A stretch of DNA of 58,483 nt, the filler included, from Sphacelaria rigidula (taxonomy: Eukaryota): assembly GCA_964200075.2 (NCBI GenBank). It is 9 parts of 9 records of this genome, joined end to end, with 100 filler letters (N's around TTAATTAATTAA, not from the genome) between each part and the next. Parts side by side here need not be neighbours in the genome. Positions count along the whole stretch, not along the records: positions 45,566 to 51,974 come from CAXNAA020020251.1; positions 52,075 to 58,483 come from CAXNAA020020252.1; 7 more parts are not named here. The stretch is one strand, 5' to 3'. The position numbers were made by a program, and so were the translations under genes. Within the stretch, counting starts at the first letter, position 1, and every line of letters starts with the position of its first letter. Shown piece by piece: positions 48,583-58,483 of this stretch. Under the pieces are notes generated by a model. The model was not told the origin of the DNA. It did not search any database and worked only from the letters and a program-made list of their open reading frames with translations.

Positions 48583-51515
48583 GCCGATCCATACGAGTTG
48601 AAAAAGGAGGGGAAGGAGAACTCGGCGGAGTACCGCATTTTCTTCAGGCAGGTTAGTTCGCAAGATTAGGTTTTCAAAGCTGAGCGCTGCTCTACACAAA
48701 TCACGACGTGCTCCTCCCAATATACCCCTGCTTCATCGTGCAGGCGGTTGTAGGTCGGTTGTCTTCGTGATCCGTCACATGGCGATCACCCGAATTTTGG
48801 CGAAGTGTTGTAATGCGTGAGCGGACCGGGTGCTTCGTGGACCGCATCGGAGTTTAGAACACCCCGGGACCAATATTTACAAGACCGCTCGGGCCATTCC
48901 CTGCAGGGACCACGTCCCTGACCTTAACTCTAACCCTAACACTTACCCCAACCCTAACCATAGGAATGTTCAAACCCCGACGCGGTCCGAAAGGCACGCG
49001 GTCCGCTCACGCATCACACCCTCGTGTTGTATGTGTGTTGGAAGCTTCCAGCGCTCGCACTTGAAGAGGATATGAGTAATCAAATACGCAGTGATGATGT
49101 GGTCGATAAACGTCTACTGCAGAATCACATCGGGCGTGTTGTACTTGACCGGCGAAACTATTGAATGGAGGCTGCCCCAGGACTGTATTTTGTGCCCTGC
49201 TGTGAGGTTTCATTCGGGGTGCCCTTGTTCACGGCACGGCACGCCGCTATGTTCTTTACAACGCTGGTGCATAGATGAAACTGCGATTCCTTGACGTTGA
49301 ATCAAATCGCGATCTGCGTGCGCGCTTCTCCAAATTATAATTGGTTCCGCTTGGTATCCACTTGACCTCATCAGTATATGGGAGAGTAGGTAGAGGATAA
49401 ACCATGCACTTCGGAAGTGACAATGACATGAGACGAATAATCGTGTATCGGCCTGCACGCACGGGGGGTCAAGCCAATCAAGGGTTCTGATCGGTCAACC
49501 ATTTATTTGCAGTGTTTCGTTATTTCAGAGATACAGTATACCTTCCTATATGGGCGTTCGCTTTATATACCGCTTCACCAGTACGCCACTCTGTGGATTG
49601 ACCGTACACTACCTGCATCGTTCTTCTCCCCTGTGCTGGTTTACTACAGGGGGGAAAGAAAATCTCGCCGTGGCACGATATCCTTCTCAGGGCTGGAGCA
49701 GACACCTTCAACTTCGTCTGCGAGATCCCTAAGTAGTGAGTTCAACCTCGACAGCGAAAACACACCATTTGATATACGTGTCCGACCTCTTATACGTGCA
49801 TTTTGTAGGTTTGCTTCACGTTCATCAACTGACACGTTTCGACCCTGTCGCGCGTAGAGGGGTAGCACCACCTCCTGGAGTCGCTCCGAATTATGGTGCA
49901 ACCAAGCATCTCTGGTCGACACTTGGGTCAGAGCTTCAGACAACGTTTCTGCATCGATATCATGGCCCTGTGTTATCATCCCGTCGTTCCTTGTGTATGT
50001 GTTTTGACTAACCTCGCAGTACCTATAATGATTTATTCGAAGTTATGAAATAGAGTGTAGCCACGAACCTATTCGCATACATATACCATCTCATGTCGTC
50101 GTATATCTTATAAAAAAGAGTGTTCCTTCGAGAAGGCAGGAGATGCTGTAATGCGTGGGAGGACCACGTGATTTTGGGACCGCGTTGGAGTTCCAACGCC
50201 CCTCTGGTTAGGGTTAGGGTTAGGGTAGGGTTAGAGTTATGATAGGGTTGGGGTTAGGATCAGGGGCGCGGTCCCTGCAGGGAATGGCCTGAGCGGTCTT
50301 GAAAACGTTGATCCTGGGGTGTTCAGATTCTGATGTCGACACCTTCTACGATAGCACCCCCCCGAAACCAGCTATATATGTCACGAAAAAGTTGGCCATA
50401 CAGCGCATGATATTTGGGTTCAAGCTGCATGAAGCGCCTCATCTTGGCGATATTGGCTAAAACGAACCCAAGCGTGGGAATTCCCAGTTTCTCGTTGTGC
50501 TCGGCTTTTCCCATTTCGATTTACGTGAAGATTTCGCCTCCCAAAATCATGTACGTTTTGGGGAGGGGCTATCGTAGAAAGTGTCTGTCGTCTAAGTAGC
50601 ACGCGGTCCTCCCACGTAGTACAATAATTCGTTCGAACAAGTGGCATGGCCGTTTCGGTGTCTGTCGGGCCGTGATACCACTCTACGTTGTGCGGAAGTC
50701 AGACGTGGAGTTCGAGCTATTCCTCACAATTGTTATGCGCGACTTTGGAAACGATGTCTGCTCTGCTGAGGAAGTGTATGTCACTTGATATTCCCTGTCA
50801 CGTTATACCGCGCTCACAATAAGCGACATGGTGTGTTTGTTGTCCAATACCTTTTCTTGAATCGCTACACATCGGGTGATGTCTCGGCCACCAGCTCGAC
50901 GGCAAAAATGGAGATTGCCACCAAGGAAGAGAACAATCCCATCGCGCAGGTCAGATCTCTAACCTTTCGATAATTGACACAGGCACCCGGCAACAATTGC
51001 AAAGTGATCCGAGCTAGCTTGTTGTACTACGAATTTCGTATTACCCACTTCGCAAAAATGATTTGTTTTATGGAAAGTGTCATGTTTTGCGTGATATCTT
51101 CCCCGGCTTTTAGGTGTATTGGTCTTGATCAATATTGGGTCGTAGATAACGTTTGAAGCGACGTACATGAAAGTGGTTGGGTCCGGCGAGCGCTCTGGGG
51201 TATTCCCGTGGCTTTGCGGCGCGATGCCCACCAACATCGCATCGAAATGACAGTCTGGTACTTACACTTGCGTCGAGTAGATAGATCAATTCGCAGATTC
51301 AATGAGAATGAAGTTTCAAGTGACGCACGTTCTACACATTTCACGCTGACTATCGTGCCGTTGATGCTTTGCATTGCGTCGGTGCTGCTGTTTGCCGGTT
51401 CCAATCTGCACAGGACACGAAGAAAGGCAAGTTGCGGTTCTACCACGGCCCAATCTTCTGGAACTATGGCTACATCCCTCAGACGTGGGAAGATCCGAAC
51501 GTCGAGCATCCCGAG
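48583..51515 (+). CDS. PPA: Soluble inorganic pyrophosphatase (family I), partial
   Basis: Phase-consistent exons 48583-48651, 49650-49735, 50895-50949, 51414-51515 give [104 protein letters not shown]. Hallmark motifs SPWHDI, EIP, KMEI and [11 protein letters not shown] are present. Confidence 0.95.
48806..49020. mobile_element. Telomeric-repeat MITE (copy 2, opposite orientation) in a PPase intron
   Basis: TIRs AATGCGTGAGCGGACCG and CGCGGTCCGCTCACGCAT; internal CCTTAACTCTAACCCTAAC..CCCTAACC. Confidence 0.8.
50143..50625. mobile_element. Telomeric-repeat MITE (copy 3) interrupted by a nested MITE
   Basis: Left TIR TGTAATGCGTGGGAGGACCAC, (TTAGGG)n at 50206-50260, right TIR GCACGCGGTCCTCCCACGTAGTACA after the insertion. 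Confidence 0.8.
50338..50585. mobile_element. MITE with GACAC(C/T)TTCTACGATAGC TIRs and 4-bp TSD (TGTC)
   Basis: TIRs at both ends; TGTC duplicated at 50334-50337 and 50586-50589; interior matches 57976-58080. Confidence 0.88.
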
Positions 51516-51610
51516 GTTTGTGCTGCGCTCTTTTCTGAGTCGGACGTAGCCCCCACCCCCCGCCCCCCCTCACGAAATAAGTCAGACATACGGCAGAACG
51601 ACAGAACTGC

Positions 51611-51865
51611 CTCTGTAGCGAAGCAATAGAGAGCAGATGTCATATAGCGGCAGAATGTGAACTATACAAGGAGGAACCGGACGTGTTAGAGGGGGAAATG
51701 CGGGACATGAACAAAGGTGGCATGAAATCTTTTGATGCATTAGACAGTAGGGAGAAAACAATGGCTATACTAGGAGATGGATAGTGGCCACAGACGGCGA
51801 AACAGGACAGGGATAAGATATGTATAAGATTTTTGTGTAATGTTTGGAAGAAACGTAATGAGCTG
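51611..51865 (+). mobile_element. LINE ORF2 C-terminal fragment (Cys/His motif region)
   Basis: Translates [31 protein letters not shown]...REKTMAILGDG*WPQTAKQ...FLCNVWKKRNE. E-S-x2-H-x4-C and W-x2-RN are typical of non-LTR ORF2 C-termini; one in-frame stop. Confidence 0.7.
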
Positions 51866-52794
51866 CGGAAGAAAATAATGAGCTGGGGGGACACTTTCTA
51901 CGATAGCCCCCGCCCCCCCTCAGGCTGCGCCGGCGCGAGGAGCAGCATCCCGATCCCGCCCGTAAGGGTGGAGGNNNNNNNNNNNNNNNNNNNNNNNNNN
52001 NNNNNNNNNNNNNNNNNNTTAATTAATTAANNNNNNNNNNNNNNNNNNNNNNNNNNNNNNNNNNNNNNNNNNNNACCGATGAATCCCTCTGTATCACCCA
52101 CTTCCCGAGACAGCCACAGCTTATACACTGCCTCATGGGTGTCTCACCATACCATGAGGGGGGGAGGGGGTGATACAGAGGGATTCATCGGTACCATATT
52201 TCACTTGTTTGCGTCGCTGCTTCGCGAGAAGAGGCAGCATAGACAAATTGTTTTCTGTTTTGGACATTTTTTTGGCATGACATACAAACAACGAGGCAGG
52301 TACAACATATAGGCACATGTAATTTTATGTATATATGTTTAGTATGAGCCGTAGATTGCTCGTCGATCACGAGACAAGTGTTGTGGATCATGATCCTGGT
52401 TCATTCTACCGATCTATAACCTGCTGATGATATAACATAACTCCCTTGTCCTGTAGTGTGAAGGGGCGGAGGGGCGGTCATTTTGTTTCGTTCTCTCACC
52501 TGAAAACGCGAACCGCGGTCTCTCTCACGCCGAATCCCTTCGCCCAATCGAGGTACAGCGGCCAAATCTGAACACGGGTAGTGGATTTGTAGTTTGTCCA
52601 TTTTTTCAAGGAGGAGGGGGGGAGGGCGGACAGGAAGGGGCTCAAGAATCTATGTTCACACATATATGTATATATATATATATATTGACCAAAATCCATG
52701 TGATCTAATCACATTGCTTCCTTGTATCCCTTTTTCCCACACTAGCGTGGGGCGGGGGAAGGGAACAGCTATCGGGTATGTAGTCAAAACAACA

Positions 52795-53320
52795 GGAGGG
52801 GTGGGGGTGAAGGGCACTCATTTGTTGCTTGCCTTAGTCGTTTGACCATTGACCACGCATCCCTTTCGAGACGGAGTACCGTTCCTACTGCTCATAGAGA
52901 TACCTCCAACGTTTCGCCACATGCGCTCATCAACATTATCTCGTCGTGGTTCCCACCTACATGGTTGAATATTTTCTCGGCTACGCGATCCATCCTTATT
53001 CCAGCCTGCCCTTTCGTTACTTTCTTTCATACAGCCCTGTCAACCATGACTGGTAATCTCTTTCTTGGCATGTTCTCTACATACTAATACTGCCATTTCA
53101 ATTTTCCGAGTCTCTATTTTTCAAGTGGGTATAATACCAACTTTACTCTTTTGACTACTGAATTACTCGTAATTTATGGACATCCAAGTATTTTCTTAGC
53201 TGCCATCATCTGTACTGTTTCCAGCTGCTCTACGAATTTCGCGTTCCCTTTCCATACTTCTTTTCCATGGTCTAGCTCTGGTACAACCACATTAATCAGG
53301 ATACTCATCTCAATCCTAGT
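52795..53320 (-). mobile_element. Internally deleted LINE fragment: post-RT region joined to 3' end with C-rich tail
   Basis: ILINVVVPELDHGKEVWKGNAKFVEQLETVQMMAAKKILGC...KLKWQY..NMPRKRLPVMVDRAV (with stops and frameshifts), then NVGGISMSSRNGTPSRKGCVVNGQTTKASNK* and a C-rich tract. Confidence 0.75.
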
Positions 53321-53689
53321 ATCGAGGTCCGAGTCTCTCATAATCGGATCACGTCCAGCTTGCTCAACTGTGCATTACCCTTTCCTACTACTTCATCTAC
53401 GCGTGCATCCCACGAACGGTTTCTTGAGGTCTCTGTGACTACCAAGGGTTACAAGATAAGAAAAAGATCCGCCTACCATAGTCATGATTCAGTTCACATA
53501 AATAAGCGCTCAAAAGACTGACGAGTCAAGCGTCGACTTGACGCATATCTACCTCTTCCCTCTGTACGAATATACATCACACGTGCTTGTACTTGGCCAT
53601 GTTTGTTCGCGTTTTTCTGCATGAACTCAATCCTCGCATCCCCGGCTAAAAGAAGCTCAAGAAGTGTACTGTAGACAACATGCTCGTAC

Positions 53690-55069
53690 CCTAGCCTCTG
53701 GTCGAGGATCCGATGAACGCTCGCCCCCTGCTCCGCCGCCCTGCGCGGCTATGGGCGATTTCCTTCCCAGCGATCCTTTGGACGCCTTGCTGCTGGGGCC
53801 ACTGCCTTCCTTTGGGCGCTAGTGTAGGTTGTTATTGCCAGTTTCCAGTGTTTTGTTGTTGTTGTGTTACAGACATGGAAATTACACAACAATGGGGGGG
53901 GGAGCACACACGAGAGAATAAAATGAGCACTATACAGCTTTGTTTCGTTTTCATTTCTGTGTCTTTTAAAAACAAGACAGATGATATGATCATGTGCGGA
54001 GAACAAGAACGACCGCAGGCATGATAATTTTCCACATGAAAAAATGTGTCAAAAAACAAAAAGAACAGGAGAAGGACCTGAAAAGTGTCAAAGTTTCGGT
54101 CCAACTGTTCGACGGAATGAATCAATTCCGAGTGCATGATGAATGATGGCCCTGCGATCTGATGCGTGAGATCTTACCATGCAAGTTTTCACGGACACCG
54201 GAACCGTACGAAAAATTGATACAGTGTAGTAGCAGCAGCAGCAGCAGCAGCAGTACTACCACACAGTGAAATTACACAGCAGTTCAACGTGACTTCAAAA
54301 ACAGCTTGCGCCTGAGCGGGAAAGACTTTGCCCTAGCTGAAAATTAGAGGCTGAACGCTCTTGTCCGCAACTGCCCCTGTATTCTTAGAGAGGGGAAAGG
54401 GGTGTACTCATGATTTGCATGCCGTGGTCATAACACCGTTGACATCGCATCCCTCCAAAGATGGGATGGAGTACGCTGGGTTTTCGCCGGACAAGGCTCG
54501 CAGTCACCAAGCGCGAAGCGCCGTCAGGTGTTTTGCGAGTCGCATAAAGGGTGATCTGCATCCCGCCAAGAATGCTTGACTCTAAGCGTACTGATTACCT
54601 TGTGTATGGATGACAGCCTACAATCAGTTGCTTCATTTTCTGGTATTGCCACTTCCGAGACAGCGAGGGGTTACACACTGCCTCATGGGTGTCTCACCTT
54701 ATAAACACGCTGTACAGCCATCTCCTTTTCGCGGAGTTCGGGGTTCTCCACCCCCGACAAGATGATCTAGCTCGACACCCATCATGGTTACCGCAAAAAA
54801 AACGCAAGCGAAAAAAACGGTAATTTGGCCTCCTAGTTTACGCAGTGAGTGGCGTGTTTCACAGCGCCGTTGCCAACCGACGCCAGCCCTCAAAAGTGTG
54901 CCGTTCTTTTGAATCCGGATTTCGAGGAGGGGTGGGGGCGAGGGGGGGGGGGGAAGAACCGTTTCAAAAACCACGGTTTTGGTAACCCCCGGTTTTTGCC
55001 AATTTTNNNNNNNNNNTGCCCAACGCGGGCGAGCGCATAGGATGGTGCGTTCTTTTGAAGCCGGATTTT

Positions 55070-55100
<31 letters not shown>

Positions 55101-58100
55101 AAGAACCGTTCAAAATACTACGATTTAGATATCACCTGCTTTTTCACAATTTTTGCTTTTACTTCAATCCCCTCTGACCACGAGACTTACTATTCAAACC
55201 CTGGTTGACATAACCAACCTACTGCCTACCTACCAAGAGATATATCCACGACATCCCTTGACTTGTAAGCGAGGGGCGAAACACAACATACCCGCGATCT
55301 ACCCGAGACTCATTTACCACAAGGAGGCAGAAGAGTCATTGGGATGACGATCGACCAGTATGAAGCCCCGGAAAAGGTGTAACCAGTAGGCTGTTACGAA
55401 CGTCAAGCATGGGCACGGCGTTTGGCACCATGTTGACTATCTCCTGTGATCTATCCGGGCACGCCGTGTATCACCCCCCCCCCCCCCCCCCCCCAAAACA
55501 ACACCCCAACCCGACAGAAAAAAACAAAAGACGACACCAAAAAAAAACAAAANNNNNNNNNNGGGGTTTGGCCCCCTTTTCACTCCCCCCCGGGGACTAC
55601 CCGGGCCCCCCGGGTATCCCCCCCCCCCCCCCCCGCAAGAAAAACGCCATCACCTCCGGGTGAATAACTTATCGGGGTCCGAAAAACTCATTACCCATGC
55701 TATGTCAGAAGTGTGAAAATGTTACAAAAAAGCACATATAACACCCTCCTTTCGGTAAAACAACAAGAGCCAGGAAACAACGACTGATTGATCACATCAC
55801 GACCAACAACAAAGACGCTACTCCACTCCACTACCACCCCCCCCCCTCTCGGATACACAAACCATACATAGCAACACATTATCCACACCCTGGACGATAG
55901 ATCGGCGATAACTGTACTGCGTACACTATCGAATATATAGTCGATTGCGACAAGACAATAAATTCGATACAGTCCGCCGTACACTGTATGCCAACGTTGT
56001 CCATTGTCGTTTTCCAGGGTTTGCACCCATCGCACACCGTATTTGATTGCCCCCTCCCCTCTCCTCCAGTCACCCAGCTCGTGCTCACCTCCTTCTTAAA
56101 TACAAACGGATCCCAGGCCTTAACTGCACGCAGCACCTCCCGATTAACCCTCTCGTCGCTCAGTAGGTCCTTGAACCCCTCGGGCGCGTACTTGTCCACC
56201 CAGAGCATCCCCCCTCCACCCTTCTCTCCCTCCGCCTTCGCCTGCGCCTTTGCCTCCCGCCTCCCGCCTCCTTCACCACCACCACTCCGCCCACCGTGGT
56301 TCTCTTGCTCCTCTTCCTCTCTTTCTCGGTTTCCTGCTGCGGCTTCGATGGCAGCGGTGGCCAGACTGCGCTCTATAACTCGTCGCTCATCTACGCGGGC
56401 CATGAGCTCAGCTATCGGCGTTCGGAGAAGGCTACTGCGCCCCACGCTGTGCCCTGAAGAGTCGCCGTTGCTGCTGTTTGTCATGCTGTCGCCCGTGGGT
56501 GGGTCTCCTGAAGAGACCGATGCGTTCTTCGTGTCGGAGCCTGGACGCACCTTCAGGTGCATCATCTGACCGCCCGTCTGGGAAGTTTCGGATTGACATG
56601 GAGTTTGATTATGGGTACCCCGAGGGGGGGAGATGAAGCCGCAGATAAGTGACCACAAAATAAGCAATTTACACGGACCATTGCGGTATACTCATTGATT
56701 GATTGATTGATTGATTGTCGCACTTTCACTGTCTCCCCAGGGGTCCAGATATCAAACAATTTCAGGCATCTGGGTGATTGACAGCGATAAATTTCGATCA
56801 GCTAAGGGATGGAGGGGAAAATCCTGGAGGTGTCATGTGCAATTTAGTCATGAAGCGCGAGTTGAGTATATTGTACCTCAAGCCTTGGTCGGTGAAGTGG
56901 ATCCGAGTATGCAACGTGATCGAGCGTTTCCCAAACGAGAGACGAGAGCAAGAATCAAACACGTGCGCCCTGCTCAGTCAACAAGGACCTCGTAAAATAA
57001 TCGAATGACAAAAAGGGGGGCATATATACGTACGTCTATTGTACATGTGTACGTGGGAAAAGAGAATATGACAACGTTGTGTATCGCTGATGGTACGTAG
57101 TGTGTTGGTTAATACACCAAGTGCAAAACTCTACCATGAACAATGTTGCTAGAGTTCGGAAATGGTTTGTCTAATCATTTACCAGTTGAATGGTTACGCG
57201 TAGCGCACTCAAAAATAAGTTGAATGGTACATGATGGTTTGGTCATCGAGCGGCGCAGCCACGAGCCAAAAATCCCCCCCCCGGCAGAGGGGGCCCCGCC
57301 GGAGGCCCCGTACCGGAGGCACGCTTTCACGCGATTTGGCTTCACTAGAGCTAAAAAAAATACGTCAAATTTGGGCCATTTTTCAAGGGGTGTATGTAGC
57401 ATACGTGGCCGGTCACGGCTTCTAAAGCCGGTAACGGTCAATAATGGCGCAGCCACGAGCCAAAAATCTCCCCCCCGGCAGAGGGGGCCCCGCCGGAGGC
57501 CCCGTACCGGAGGCACGCTTTCACGCGATTTGGCTTCACTAGAGCTAAAAAATACGTCAAATTTGGGCCATTTTTCAAGGGGTGTATGTAGCATATGTGG
57601 CCGGTCACGGCTTCTAAAGCCGGTAACGGTCAATAATGGTTTGAAACCATCATCCAAATTTTTCATATAATCACTACCATTATTACCATTATAATGATAA
57701 TGGCCAGTTATAAATGGTACGCACCATTTCCGAGCTCTAACTCTTGCACTACAAGAAAGAACAGACACAGTTTTAAGAAAACTACTGCAAGTTCAGAACA
57801 CCTTCAATCCCGATACAGACTACAAATTATTAGTAAAAAAAAATAAGAACGCACTTCAAAACAGTATAGTGCCGTACCGCACAAAAAGAGTAGTTCATCG
57901 ACTAGGAAAAAAAAAGAAGCTGAATCGTAGCTCATACGAGTACTCCATTTATAATTCATTTTTATTTCTTGGGACGACACTTTCTACGATAGCCCCCTCA
58001 CAAAACCAGCTAAAAGTGTCACGGAAAAAATGACCATATAGCGCCTGATGTTCGGGTTCAAGCTGCATGAAGCGCCTCATNNNNNNNNNNTTGCTTTGTT

Positions 58101-58359
58101 CCTCCCTTTTCCTTTTTTCTTGGCGTGGAGGTTTTTCCCCCCCCACAGCTTGGGTTTGGGGGGGGGGGGGGGGGGGGGGCTATCGTAGAAAGGGTCGGAC
58201 GGGTACAACGGTCGGCAGAACTTTTTTCACCTGCATAAATGAAATGGTGTCATAATCCAAGGATGGACGTGAGAGCACCACTCCCCTGGTGTCTACCTTG
58301 GCCACAGGAAAGCGTGTTCGTCCCCCCGAGAGGATGACACCGCGCGTGGCAGACGAGGA
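53690..58359 (-). CDS. CTF18: Chromosome transmission fidelity protein 18 (RFC-like clamp loader large subunit), partial
   Basis: Phase-0 exons 58359-58231, 56577-56089, 53818-53690. Contains [36 protein letters not shown] (CTF18 signature) and ends DPRPEAR, just before the expected Walker A exon, which is not in the contig. Confidence 0.9.
57252..57638. repeat. Near-identical ~193-bp tandem duplication in a CTF18 intron
   Basis: GCGCAGCCACGAGCCAAAAAT...GGTAACGGTCAATAATG occurs twice with only a few differences. Confidence 0.92.
57976..58196. mobile_element. Second copy of the 4-bp-TSD MITE (TSD GGAC)
   Basis: GGAC|GACACTTTCTACGATAGCCCC ... GGGGCTATCGTAGAAAGGGTC|GGAC, with a 10-N gap inside. 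A third left end lies at 51890. Confidence 0.8.
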
Positions 58360-58483
58360 CTACGCAACGGGACAAAACGAACGGAGACGAGGGGGAAGGC
58401 GGAGGGGGGGGGGGGCGGAACCATTTGTGTTTTTGCTTTCCCATTTTACCACGGGCCGGCCCCCCCCTTCGGGGGGGGGGCCC

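Noticed and set aside
49644..49979. 111-aa minus-strand ORF overlapping the PPase exon
   Set aside because: No recognisable motif; it is antisense to a well-supported gene.
50206..50260. True telomere or chromosome end
   Set aside because: The tract is short, degenerate and lies inside a TIR element within an intron.
54870..55150. Tandem duplication around a 10-N gap (similarly 55420-55640)
   Set aside because: The duplicated sequence flanks a gap next to G/C homopolymers, which suggests unmerged low-quality read ends.

Overview
This window is not one locus. It is nine unrelated contigs of 6410/6409 bp (1-6410, 6511-12920, 13021-19429, 19530-25938, 26039-32447, 32548-38956, 39057-45465, 45566-51974, 52075-58483). 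They are size-sorted and joined by artificial 100-bp N44-TTAATTAATTAA-N44 linkers, so adjacency across linkers carries no biological meaning. The DNA is eukaryotic, intron-rich and repeat-rich, most consistent with a brown alga or close stramenopile (inferred from an EsV-1-7 domain exon, TTAGGG motifs, long introns and the retroelement types). Most ORFs in the supplied track are spurious. Partial spliced genes that can be rebuilt with phase-consistent junctions are: a low-complexity protein, a LamG + coiled-coil + probable LRR protein, an EsV-1-7 repeat protein, an HVA22/TB2/DP1 protein, an LRR exon, a soluble inorganic pyrophosphatase and CTF18. Mobile DNA includes a decayed chromodomain-bearing Ty3/Gypsy element, an internally deleted RTE-like LINE, other LINE fragments, tRNA-derived SINEs and several MITE families. 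The most unusual signal is a LINE 3' end found in about six copies whose tail is poly(C) rather than poly(A). Other notable items are MITEs carrying telomeric repeats, a MITE family with variable 4-bp TSDs and GAC..GTC ends, and long foldback palindromes. I see no convincing multi-gene novel system.
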